A stretch of 63,551 bases of DNA, counting the filler, from Globobulimina sp. (lineage: Eukaryota), in NCBI GenBank assembly GCA_003354225.1. It is 46 parts of 46 records of this genome, joined end to end, with 100 filler letters (N's around TTAATTAATTAA, not from the genome) between each part and the next. Parts side by side here need not be neighbours in the genome. Positions count along the whole stretch, not along the records: positions 11,081 to 12,365 come from PIVH01019437.1; positions 12,466 to 13,750 come from PIVH01019438.1; positions 13,851 to 15,135 come from PIVH01019439.1; positions 15,236 to 16,520 come from PIVH01019440.1; positions 16,621 to 17,904 come from PIVH01019441.1; positions 18,005 to 19,288 come from PIVH01019442.1; positions 19,389 to 20,672 come from PIVH01019443.1; positions 20,773 to 22,056 come from PIVH01019444.1; 38 more parts are not named here. One strand, 5' to 3'. Of the stretch, positions 12,365 through 23,540 are shown one piece after another (position 1 is the first letter of the stretch; the number at the start of each line of letters is the position of its first letter). The notes beneath the pieces were generated by a model, which was given only the letters and a program-made list of their open reading frames with translations, was not told where the DNA came from and made no database searches. Made by a program: the position numbers and the translations under genes.

Positions 12365-13364
12365 ANNNNNNNNNNNNNNNNNNNNNNNNNNNNNNNNNNN
12401 NNNNNNNNNTTAATTAATTAANNNNNNNNNNNNNNNNNNNNNNNNNNNNNNNNNNNNNNNNNNNNTTATTACCGTCGAGGGATGATTTGAAATTCTTTCG
12501 GAAAGGGTCGTCGGATGCACGCATGGCAAGAATTTTAGGCCAACGGTGGAAGAATACTCTTTCCAAACGATAATTATGTTCCCATTGCGTTGCCGTTTCC
12601 AACCGTTCGGTCCATGATGCTACATAAGCTCTTGCCATTATCATTTGACTTTCGAATAAAATTTAACCAACTTGACGCAAACTAATGAAACTTGACTAGC
12701 CTATAATGTGCATATTATAATGTAATAGCCTTCATTAATGCTAATAGCAATTTCTGAATGCAATGACTAACATGGTTACGATTCAGCAATATTTAAACAA
12801 ACATAACAATGAAAACGAACACCTGTTTCCTTGCCGTTACTTCAAGGTCATTTTTCCGACAGAGAGATTAGGGGCAGGGAAGAAGTGATGCATTATGTTT
12901 TATGGGTTTTTTGGACGCTTTCTCACACCGATTTTGACTCTTTCTATGTGTAGAGTGTGCAGCCTAACTGTAGTTGGAGTTTTACTCTGTTGGTTCATTT
13001 TGCAACGTAAGTACATATAATAAGTATTTTATTTTATCTATAACTAAGTATCTGTAAGCTGTCTGTTACTGTGGTACAGTCTACAGTACCGTATATTAAA
13101 CTGATGAATATGCTGTGGGTTATCGGTATTGTCAATTGTGTTAAATGTCGGGATGATATACGGTTCGCTTACAATTTAGAAAACTTGACGCTAACAATAT
13201 GGTAACGCAATAACAGTACACATAAAAAGTAGTGATCCGATTGAACGGCAATGTAAACGAAGTTGTCATAAGAATTTTTTAAAATTTTACTGAAATTCAA
13301 ATACAGTTGGTATGGTTAAATGCTCAACTATAGGAAAACTAGTACTTCTACTAATACAACTAAT

Positions 13365-13750
13365 TCACTTTTCCTTCTTTCGGCTAAATTTTTCATACCA
13401 CTTTTTTGGAGTATACTGTGGAGGGGGCATATCCGGTTTGCTAACATTTGTATCCTTCTTTTTGCCCAACGATAACATTCTATGGAATGAGGAATAGGCG
13501 TTCTCTGGGGGAGGACTCCAATCTATCTTCATACGTTCGGTAGTATCCTTTTTAGGTGCAGATGTTTCGGGTGTTGATTCCTCAGATTTTGTTGGTGTTT
13601 CATGACCATCATTTTCTGGAATTATAAGCCGAAGTTTCGATCCCCTTTCGAATGTAACATGTTTTCCTTTCACTTCCGGCGTAGTATTCAATTTCTTTTC
13701 ACCAACATCCATTTCCAGAACGAATTGCATGTCTTGTTCAAGGCTGTGAG
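13365..13750 (-). CDS. Hypothetical protein C-terminus
   Basis: Open frame ending in TGA; no recognisable domain. Confidence 0.35.
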
Positions 13751-14070
13751 NNNNNNNNNNNNNNNNNNNNNNNNNNNNNNNNNNNNNNNNNNNNTTAATT
13801 AATTAANNNNNNNNNNNNNNNNNNNNNNNNNNNNNNNNNNNNNNNNNNNNTCACTGTGTCAATTTGCTGATTTTAATCTATATTCTTATTGATTGCTTGC
13901 CCTACGTTTGTCTAACATTTTAATTTTATAATTAATATTGTGTAAGTAATACATTAATAACGAATCATTATTATCGTTCGATCCTTTAGAAAGACCTTGC
14001 ATTGTGATTGATTGCGTTTAGCAGTTGAATCTTTAATTGATTCTTTTTTTTTTATTCATGCTCATTAAAT

Positions 14071-15135
14071 TTGCACATTAATTTACATTTTAGCTCAAAT
14101 AATCCGTTTAATCAAAAAGAATGCATATTCTTTTCCTTTTTATTTAGATCGATTTGTTTGAATGATTGTGAGATTAAACACAAATCATTCACAAAGAAAC
14201 TGATTAAAAGAATGATAAATCGTGATTTCCCCCCTGTTGTTATTAGAAAAATCCTTCAAAAACGAAAATTGCCGCAATACATTAATCGCGACAAATATTT
14301 GGACAAATTGGAAGAAAATAGATTACGTAAATATTACCAATCTGTTTTAAAGATTTATGATGAAAATATATGGGGCCCAGAGCATAGATTTTTAGATGAA
14401 GAAAAATTGAATTTATTAAAAGCAAAATATTCAGATATCGATCAAGACGAAGATGAGATAAAAATGATTTATTTCAAGAAAATATATCAACAGTTATTCG
14501 ACGATGACAATCGATTTAGGGAGATTTTAAAATTAACATTTTAAAAGCATTTTGCCTCAAGATTTTGCAGATATGATTAAATTATCTATTTGTAATAAGA
14601 CTGATGACAAACTCATGAGATATTTGAATTAATTATCATGGATTTTATTATTATGCTTTTGCCCCTTTTTTATATTTTTCATTTTTTCTATTTTTTAGAT
14701 ACAATTTTTAGTTTACGTCTATGTTTATTAAAATTGCAATGGAAAATAAAATATATGATTTTTTATTCTCTTTTATTTAATTTAATATTTAATTTTTGTG
14801 TTTTTGATTTGTGGAGAATTAAAGTCGTGTATTTTCAACATACACTTTCGTTTTACCTTTGTTTTTTAGTTTTTTCTATATATTATAGTATGTTTAGCGA
14901 TTTTGTGTGTGTTTTTATATTGTTTCACAAACTGTGATACAGCTCAAAGTTTTTTTGAATATTTATCAAGAAACTTTCAGTTCTTTTATTTCACCTTAGT
15001 TTATAAAGTGTGAATCAGTCCAATTGTGGACGAAACTAGTCACTAAATTATTTAATTAATTGTTTATTAATTTCATTGATAAGTGAATCTCGTAACTAAA
15101 TATAGTTTATCTATCCCTTTAGTCCTACGTCTCCC
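14071..15135 (+). mobile_element. 5'-truncated, decayed Penelope-like element 3' end (RT thumb and 3' tail)
   Basis: LHFSSNNPFNQKECIFFSFLFRSICLND...LIKRMINRDFP is a PLE thumb pattern. The frame continues past a stop/frameshift to LSICNKTDDKLMRYLN*. Confidence 0.7.
14997..15050 (+). ncRNA. Type I hammerhead ribozyme candidate with variant core
   Basis: Stem I tagttt[ataa]agt/actaaatta, core GTGAATCA, stem II gtcca-attg-tggac, GAA, palindromic stem III actagt, cleavage triplet GTC (C15041). Confidence 0.65.
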
Positions 15136-15235
15136 NNNNNNNNNNNNNNNNNNNNNNNNNNNNNNNNNNNNNNNNNNNNTTAATTAATTAANNNNNNNNN
15201 NNNNNNNNNNNNNNNNNNNNNNNNNNNNNNNNNNN

Positions 15236-16520
15236 CAAATTTATAGAAAGTATGGTGTAGGTTAGGTTTATTATATCCATTTGCAAGTAGTGTCTGTATC
15301 AACTGTCCAATTCTAGGAGCAAAGTCATTAAAATTATTACAAATTCTAGCCATTCTGATTAGTTGAGTATAAAAGACTTTATACCCAGTTGATGTAAACC
15401 GTATCTGACCACATGAAAGTTGAAATCATCTGTTTTATTGTAGACTGCTATTCTCCTTTTACCAGGACTTAGGCTAACCATTATGTCAAGAAAGCAACTT
15501 TCATATTTTGATTTAGCTGTGTTTTCCAGTGTTAAGCAGCTTGGGTAGATGTGTTTACTGTGTTCTAAGAATTTTTCACAGTTAATGGATAAGATGTCAT
15601 CAATATATCTCATAGTGTGACCCATTGTTTTCGCTATAACTTTATTGTTATTGTCCGTTAGGAAACTATATTCAAGCATACTCAATACTAGATCTGCAAT
15701 TAGCGGACTAGCATTTCCGCCCATTGGCACACCACATATTTGTTTAAATATGAAGCCAGCAAATTTTACATATGTTTCATCAATAACATTATTAATTAAA
15801 CACTTTACCTCATCCTTATCTAATGCTGCTAAATATTTACTTGTAACCTGGTCTGCATAGTATACATTATTATATGTAAAGACTATGAATCTTTTGTTTG
15901 CATGATCAAATAACATATTGCAGAGTTTAAAAAGTTGTTCCTTTATAATATGCAGTGGGAACATTGTATATAGTGAACTAAAATCAGCTGTTACTATACT
16001 ATTTAAATTGTTAGCTTGTATTTTATGTTCTAGTTTTCTATGTGCTTCTAAACTGCCTTTGATAGACCAGTAACAGTTAAATCCCTTTCTTTTACTAACT
16101 GTTGTACAATATCTTTCAAAATGTTGTTGAAAATGCGTTAGTATTCTATGTAGAGTTTTTGACATTGGTTTAGTTGAAGAGTTACTAGCCCCAGCGATAA
16201 ATCGAAATTTATAAGGATTTTTATGTAATTTAGGTGTCGCAAATATAACTGGTAAACATTCATCTTCTTTGTCAAATTTAATATTTCCTGTTTGAATGGA
16301 AAGATTCTGATGCTTGGTAATAAGTTTATTTTCTTCCATACCACAGGGCTTATAGACATCATTTCCTACGGCTATACAGGTACCATTATTATCAATACTA
16401 ACACCAAGTTCTTTACACATAACCTCTATATAATACTTTTTACAAATAAAAATAAAATTATTGCTTGCTTTATATGCTGGGGCCATGACGTATTCCAATT
16501 GTAGTCTTTCAAGTTCCCTT
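15236..16520 (-). mobile_element. Penelope-like reverse transcriptase fragment, frameshifted
   Basis: PKLHKNPYKFRFIA, ADFSSLYT, GVPMGGNASPLIADL, RYIDDIL, FLDI, YNKTDDFNF. Continues in another frame as SQLIRMARICNNF...LLANGY. Confidence 0.92.
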
Positions 16521-16620
16521 NNNNNNNNNNNNNNNNNNNNNNNNNNNNNNNNNNNNNNNNNNNNTTAATTAATTAANNNNNNNNNNNNNNNNNNNNNNNN
16601 NNNNNNNNNNNNNNNNNNNN

Positions 16621-16939
16621 CCAAAAGCAAGAGCGAGAAGAAATTTTCAAAATTCATATACAAGAGTTTAGACCAAAAAGTTGGAAATCATTTGATTATT
16701 CAAAACTAGGTCAACTTTCTGAATCATTTTCAGGTGCGGAAATTCGTCAAAGTATTATAGAAGGCATGTATCATGCTTTTTATGAAAAAAGAGAATTCAC
16801 AACAGAAGATATTTGTTTAGCGTTAACTCAATTAATTCCACTTTCTCAATTAGAAAATAACCAAACAATAAAATTAAAAAATTGGGCAGCTTCTGTCCGT
16901 ATCCGTCTTGCTTCGTCAAAATCTATTTCTATAAATTAA
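16621..16939 (+). CDS. ycf46: Plastid Ycf46 AAA+ ATPase C-terminus
   Basis: EREEIFKIH...FSGAEIRQSIIEGMYHAFYEKREFTTEDI...NWAAS.RIRLAS*. Confidence 0.9.
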
Positions 16940-16946
16940 AATTTTC

Positions 16947-17904
16947 ATGAAACAAAATATTTTTAAATCAATTGCAGATTTAAGATTTGCGATATTCATT
17001 TTACTAATAATTGCGTCTTTTAGCGTAATTGGAACAGTTATTGAGCAAGATCAATCAATTGAAACGTATAAAATAAATTATCCTTTAACAAATAAAATAT
17101 TTGGTTTTTTATCCTGGGACCTTATTATTCAATTTGGATTTGATCATATTTATAAAACATGGTGGTTTATAACACTTATCTTCTTATTTGGGGTTAGTTT
17201 ATCAACTTGTACTCTATTACAACAATTTCCTTCTTTAAAAATTGCTCGAAGGTGTCAATTTTTTCGAACAACTCAACAATTTGGCAGGTTAAATATTTCA
17301 ACGAATTTAAAACATTTTATATCTTCTCAATTATTGTTTAAAATAAAAGAAAAAAATTATTCGATCTTTCAGGAAAAAAGTATTTTTTATTGTTATAAAG
17401 GCTTAGTTGGTCGAATAGCACCTATTATTGTTCATCTTAGTATGATTATAATTTTAATTGGATCGATTATTGGATCAGTAAGTGGATTTAAAGCACAGGA
17501 AATTGTTCCTAAAACTGAAACTTTTCATATTCAAAATATATTAAATAATGGACAATTTACTATTATTCCTAGGATTTCAATAAGAGTAAATGATTTTTGG
17601 ATTACATATACAAAACAAACTACAATTAGACAATTTTATTCTGATATTTCATTTTTGAATAATGATGGAAATGAAATTCAACGAAAGACAATCTTTGTAA
17701 ATTCACCAGCAAAATATAATGGAATTGATTACTATCAAACAGATTGGAATATTATCGGGTTACGAATCAAGTTAGAAGATTTTATTAATTTTCAATATCC
17801 ATTTATAAATTTATCAAATGTTCAAGAAAAAGTTTGGCTAACTTGGGTAAGTACAAGTGAACAATTAAATAGTGGATTAACATTATTAATTGATAATTTA
17901 CAGG
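16947..17904 (+). CDS. ccs1: Plastid cytochrome c biogenesis protein Ccs1 (partial)
   Basis: ADLRFAI..LLIIA.FSVIGTVIEQDQ, CT..QQFP.LK.ARR, GRIAPIIVH, YYQTDW. Starts 7 nt after the ycf46 stop. Confidence 0.95.
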
Positions 17905-18220
17905 NNNNNNNNNNNNNNNNNNNNNNNNNNNNNNNNNNNNNNNNNNNNTTAATTAATTAANNNNNNNNNNNNNNNNNNNNNNNNNNNNNNNNNNNNNNNN
18001 NNNNGCTGCAACTATGATATATTTGACATTTATGTGGCTTGTGTTTCTGTTGTAATTGTTTGGTTTCTTTTTGTCCGCTTTTGTATTTTTTAATCGTTAT
18101 GATTTCTTTATCACTCATATTCATCCTTTGCATTATAACTTAATTCAATTAATTTCACAAAAAAATATCGCGTAGTTATTACTAAAAATAAAAAAGAAAT
18201 TGCGAAAAATTTGTATATGT

Positions 18221-19035
18221 TTAGACATATTCAGAAACAATATATTGATCATCCGGACAATAAAACTGAACCACAGGATAATATTTTAGATATGGTTTAA
18301 TTTTAATTGTGCCGATGCAATGTTTTTCATTTAGAAAAAATGAAAGCGTCCATGCATTACAATTTAGTAACACAATAATTGCATCGTTATGATGCCATGT
18401 TGAAATTGCATCGTTATCATATGGATCACCATGTGTTAGATGCCTGATTTCCACACCATTTGAATATGATAATATAGCTTTTATATGCTTATCCCAATAG
18501 TATGAGATTCCAATATTTGCAGAATTAATTTCAGTTTTTTTGTTATATTTGGTGATTGCTTTGTTGTTTGTAATAATACCAACTGCCCCAAATGTAAATG
18601 ATCCAAATGTACCGCCTCTTACACTATTTTCATTTAAATATTTTATTTTCCATAAATGAATGTCTTCATTAAATCCAATTTTTGCCGCAAAAATACGTGA
18701 ACAATGTAAACGTGATTTTGACATATTTGTCCTCAGTGTATGTCCTTCATCATATTGCGATGAACAATAATGCTGTGAATATCGTAAAAATTCTATGTTT
18801 TCAAATCTATATATATCATATATGAAATGTTAAGTGCAGTTGATAGGTATTTGAATGTGTATGATATGATATTAACAATTAACTTTGGATAATATCGGAA
18901 AACTAGAGATTGAATAGATGTTGGAATTATGAAATCTTCCTCTTCAATCTGGCGAATAAATGATGTGACCAATAATTCTCTGTGGTTGCCAACCCACATC
19001 GTATCTTTGGCTGCAAGTGAAATTTGTCTTGCCAT
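18221..19035 (-). CDS. SPRY/B30.2-like domain protein with intron(s)
   Basis: IHLWKIKY...AVGII...DAIIVLLNCNAWTLSFFLN...YYPVVQF; N-terminal exon with ELLVTSFIR...IP. Confidence 0.65.
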
Positions 19036-19100
19036 TTTAAACTAGGTTTTTTAATGCGATAAGCTAAGAGAAATCCTTGCACTTGTTCAACTTTGAGAGA

Positions 19101-19288
19101 ATGAGTTTTTCTGTCAATGTGACCAGCAGCCAACAAGAAGGAGATGCTTTGCATATATTCCTTACAAATTGTCTAAAGACACAAAATGAGAAAGTAGTCG
19201 AAGTGGAACAGAAATTGGTGGAAGAGGATGTATCGTATGATGATATGATTGGATTTTCAGAAAAGGATCTTCGCGATATTCTATCTGC
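19101..19288 (+). CDS. Protein N-terminus with SAM-like helices (partial)
   Basis: QKLVEEDVSYDDMIGFSEKDLRDIL. Confidence 0.45.
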
Positions 19289-19539
19289 NNNNNNNNNNNN
19301 NNNNNNNNNNNNNNNNNNNNNNNNNNNNNNNNTTAATTAATTAANNNNNNNNNNNNNNNNNNNNNNNNNNNNNNNNNNNNNNNNNNNNTCATCCAACAAT
19401 CATAACCAATTGTACCTGTTTCGGAGCAATATTTTTCCATATACTGTTTTTATCTCGAAATAACAGTATAACGAAAATTAAAACGAAAATTTATACGAAG
19501 TTTTTGGTAAAACGAAAATTAAAAAAGTTCGATGATTTA

Positions 19540-20391
19540 CAATTTTGGGGATGGGATATTGAGGTGGATGTTCATTCAAAAGATACCGACACACATTGCA
19601 CATTACAAAATGATTCGTGTCATGCAAGTCATCAAAAACGAGCAATTATATCATCGACGGCATTGAGAATACGCAGTATCTGCGACCAACAATTCATTGC
19701 CAAACAATTTATAAATTACAAAAGCTATCTCATTGCGAGAGGCCATGATGTGTGGCAAGTTAATAATATTTTTAATAAATACATAAAAATGACAAAAAAG
19801 GAAGCCGTAAAAATATGGAAACAGCCATATTTTATTAGAAAGAAACGCGAAAGAAAATATTTTAACAAATACGCAGACGACAAAGAGAAGAAAGAGGAAA
19901 CAGAGAAAGAGATGGAATTGAGATTAATTGCAGAAAAAACCAAAGATAAAACATTTTGGTTAGTGGTTAAATACCATAATAATATGCCAAATATATACAA
20001 TATATTAAAAACAGTGTACAATAAATGGATTAGAAACGATCCGAAGCTGTCGGCAATTTTTCCGATTGAAAAGTTCAAAATCGCCTATAAATGTTACGAC
20101 AAATTAGATGCCACCCGGATGTTATCGGGAATAACTGGGAATAACTGGAATCGGGAATGTAAAAAATGGGAATCTGGAATAACTGGACAGGCAATAAAAT
20201 GTAACAGGTCGTCATGTTTCAGCAGAGACACAGTTTACGTCATTATTTGTGATAATTGCGGCATACCATACTTTGGGAAATGTGGAAGAGGTAAAAATAG
20301 CAACAGGCAGTTTAAGACGAGGACGAGGGAGCACGTGAGGGATATTCTGAAAGTGTTCAAATTATTATTGAACAAAAACTATTACAATTAA
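19540..20391 (+). mobile_element. Penelope-like element fragment: RT thumb and C-terminal GIY-YIG endonuclease (truncated)
   Basis: KDTDTH...DSCH..HQK.AII.S.ALRIRSIC...YLIARGH, then VYVIICDNCGIPYFG...FKTRTREH. Confidence 0.85.
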
Positions 20392-20449
20392 GATGGCTCC
20401 ATTTCAAATAATATAGGCTTATTGGCGTTGATTCTGAGGGGCATTAAGA

Positions 20450-20672
20450 ATGATTATACGGGCAAAGTATTGCACTTTTTGGGTTATCGCTAATTTTATT
20501 ATGTTCATCAAATGGTTTTGCAGATTCCTGGACTGCATCCATGGCCAGCATGCCGCAATCAGCGGAAGTTGATGAAACAGGTCAGATAAAAGGAGCATAT
20601 GTTGATCTTGTCCGTGCCCTGGATCAATTGACCGGATCTGAAACCAAAATCAAAGTGGTGCCCTTTAAGCGA
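20450..20672 (+). CDS. Bacterial periplasmic substrate-binding protein N-terminus (one frameshift)
   Basis: GAGGGG RBS, signal peptide (..IALFGLSLILLCSSNGFA), then GQIKGAYVDLVRAL...KIKVVPFKR. Confidence 0.6.
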
Positions 20673-21288
20673 NNNNNNNNNNNNNNNNNNNNNNNNNNNN
20701 NNNNNNNNNNNNNNNNTTAATTAATTAANNNNNNNNNNNNNNNNNNNNNNNNNNNNNNNNNNNNNNNNNNNNGTTTATGTTAAATTAAATTAATCTAATC
20801 TAAAAAATGACAACTTCTTAACATCTTGAGAAACAAAATAAAACTCAAAATCATGTCAAAAGAGCAGAAGTCCGTTTTATTGATACAATGCGCTGAAAGA
20901 TTAATTAAACCAAATGCATTTAATAATAATGGTGGTATTTCCTCAGTTAGCAGCAAATCGCAAACTGAATTGGCTAACAAAACTCAATATTCATTGGTTT
21001 GCGCATTTTAATTTAGCTGAATAAACGGATGTAAACATTTTGATAATTTGATTGTTTCATTAATATCAACGTATTGTTGATTGGTCAAATTTATATCTTT
21101 CAGTTAATTTTGTCATTTTGTTATTTGTTAATTTCCAAGCTTTGATGTAATGAAATGCAGATTGTAATTTATTTATTTTTTTTTGTAGCTCCATCTGTGC
21201 ATTGCGTTTGAGTTTTAAATTAAGAGCGTTTACAAAGAGGAAAAGGAGACAAACCTAAGCCAGTAAAGTACAATTCAGCTAAATTAAA

Positions 21289-21837
21289 ATGCGCAAACCA
21301 AATTTATATTCGCCGACAAAATATCCAACCAAATATCCAACAACTGATACTCTTACAATTATACCCTCTGTCACGCCATCTTTACAGCCAAGTTTATGGC
21401 CAAGTCAACCCTCACAAATATCAACAACTCCACCATCTAACTTCACCTCTATTACTCCTACGAATGTTCCATCGCGAACACCTACAACAGCACCCACACC
21501 AAACACACCAATGGATACTCAAACATCCGTCGCAGAAACGCCACAAACACAGAAACATCAAAACTATGTAGAATTAAATATAGTGTTCATTATAGTTCTC
21601 GTCGTTGCAATACTATGCTTTTGCTGTGTTGCCGTTGTAATAATGTTACATAAAAGAAGCATAGTTCAAAAGCGCAAAGTAATAGAAAAGAATGCCAAGT
21701 ATATAGCATCACAGTCATCTTCTGATGGCAGTATATAACTTTGTTAATATCTTCCATCGCTGATAACTTTGTTAATAAATACAGAAAATATGGACATTGC
21801 TGGCACGGAAGGACATGCAGGAAGGAAAATAGATTAA
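21289..21837 (+). CDS. Pro/Thr/Ser-rich stalk plus single TM membrane protein (C-terminal part)
   Basis: PTKYPTKYPT...PSLQPS repeats, then IVFIIVLVVAILCFCCVAVVIM. Confidence 0.55.
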
Positions 21838-22156
21838 TAATAAAATGTTAATGGTTCCTGATGAAACACAACCCACTCTATCTTCAGTAATGATAAGGTG
21901 TATGCAGATAAAAATTTAACATTCATGGATTTCAATTATAAGTATATCATTTGAAAGCTCTAATCGAGCTAGTTCATATGGTATTGAATATATGGAAATC
22001 CGCTGATTAGATTTAATTATATTGGTCAAAATGTATTCTAATGGACAAATACATGGNNNNNNNNNNNNNNNNNNNNNNNNNNNNNNNNNNNNNNNNNNNN
22101 TTAATTAATTAANNNNNNNNNNNNNNNNNNNNNNNNNNNNNNNNNNNNNNNNNNNN

Positions 22157-22674
22157 TATCGCATTGTTTATTGAATGATAAGAAACTAAAAAATCAATGG
22201 AATGGATGTTTTGCCGCCGGCAATGCATTGAGTAATAATAAGATATCATTATTATCGGATAAAACCGCAATGGAATCAACGCGAGATTTGTATTTTTCAA
22301 TATTGTCATTATTGGATAAATGCGAAAATTATAAAGTAAAAATAACGTGTTGCTATGCATTAACTTGTCCTGTATCAAAAGCTAATTATGGTCCGATTTA
22401 TTATAAATTAATTAAAAGAACAACAAATGCTTTAAATAATATCGATAAATTAGAAGCAAATGGTTATGCTAAACAAAAATATAAACAATTGCTTAAATTT
22501 AGATTAATTGTATTATTATCACATTTAATTGGCTTATTTTACAATGATAATAATAATAAAAAAAATGATCAAAAAAAAATAAATAAATTAAAGCAATCCA
22601 TGCAGTTAAATGACAAAAATATTTTAAATAAATTGCACCAAAATTATGAATCAACGCATGATGCAAGATTTTGA
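22157..22674 (+). CDS. HEAT-repeat protein (HEATR6-like) C-terminus
   Basis: KNQWNGCFAAGNAL...NYKVKITCCYAL..P.SK.NYG. Confidence 0.65.
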
Positions 22675-22907
22675 GCTAAAAAAAATGAATGCTTATTTTT
22701 CTCCTACACTACAGCAAATGTAATATTTTTAATTTTTTTATTTTATACTGTATTATTATTTTGTGCCATGGTGAATAGTTCCCGTTTTTTAATTTCTTGT
22801 CATGTCAAAATAACACAATTGAGATAGACAGTATACGAACAGCAACACCCATAAACACAATACACCAGTCCTAGTATTTTACCAAAAGGCAGTAATTTCG
22901 AGGCTAG

Positions 22908-22946
22908 GAACGTGTTTCCAAAAAACTGTTTTTTGGAAACACGTTC
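22908..22946. repeat. Perfect 18-bp inverted repeat with 3-nt loop
   Basis: gaacgtgtttccaaaaaa-ctg-ttttttggaaacacgttc. Confidence 0.95.
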
Positions 22947-23334
22947 ATAGCCCGCTGATAGCCGAGAATAAACCTGCCTTTTGGCACAATGTTTTACCAA
23001 AAAAAAGACCATACAGTGAATTTTGGCCACTCTGTTCATTAGGGGTGTCCGATAAGTACTGATGATAACCCACCTGGTCTATATAAGTTGTATACATTTT
23101 ATTCCAAAAAACGCCTATAAAAAACTTTTATTTGACTACTAAAAAAGTCACTTTATTACCTAATAAAATAGAAACGTTTCCGTTGTATTGATGGTATAAA
23201 ATGGAAACGAAAACACACACACGATTGGCAAAGAAACGAAAATAAAATATAAAAAGGATGATTGGGATTTGGACCCAAATCTTCTTTAATAAGATGCTCT
23301 CATTGAGCTATCATCACTATCTTATACGGAAACG

Positions 23335-23434
23335 AATAATGGCGAGCTTCGCTCGCAAATATCCCGTCAATAAATACCAGTTTGGCTGCAAATAATGGCG
23401 AGCTTCGCTCGAGAATATGACGTTAATAAATACC
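23335..23434 (+). repeat. Two tandem ~56-nt units, each with a cgagc-ttc-gctcg hairpin
   Basis: aataatggcgagcttcgctcg at 23335 and 23391 with similar downstream sequence; ends near the contig end. Confidence 0.85.
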
Positions 23435-23540
23435 TAATTTNNNNNNNNNNNNNNNNNNNNNNNNNNNNNNNNNNNNNNNNNNNNTTAATTAATTAANNNN
23501 NNNNNNNNNNNNNNNNNNNNNNNNNNNNNNNNNNNNNNNN

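Noticed and set aside
13101-13140. CTGATGA hammerhead core (similar hits near 21859, 23059 and 24597)
   Set aside because: No stem II followed by GAAA and no closing stems.
12466-13750. Possible RNA-virus or retrotransposon genes
   Set aside because: No recognisable motif; could be ordinary nuclear DNA from another eukaryote.
14601-14630. Second hammerhead core (ctgatga caaa...tttg)
   Set aside because: Lacks GAAA after the stem and lies in the decayed coding frame (KTDDKL).
14638-14937. 99-aa hydrophobic ORF
   Set aside because: By-product of the T-rich PLE 3' tail.
23335-23440. CRISPR array
   Set aside because: Only two units, the intervening sequences are similar, and there are no cas genes.
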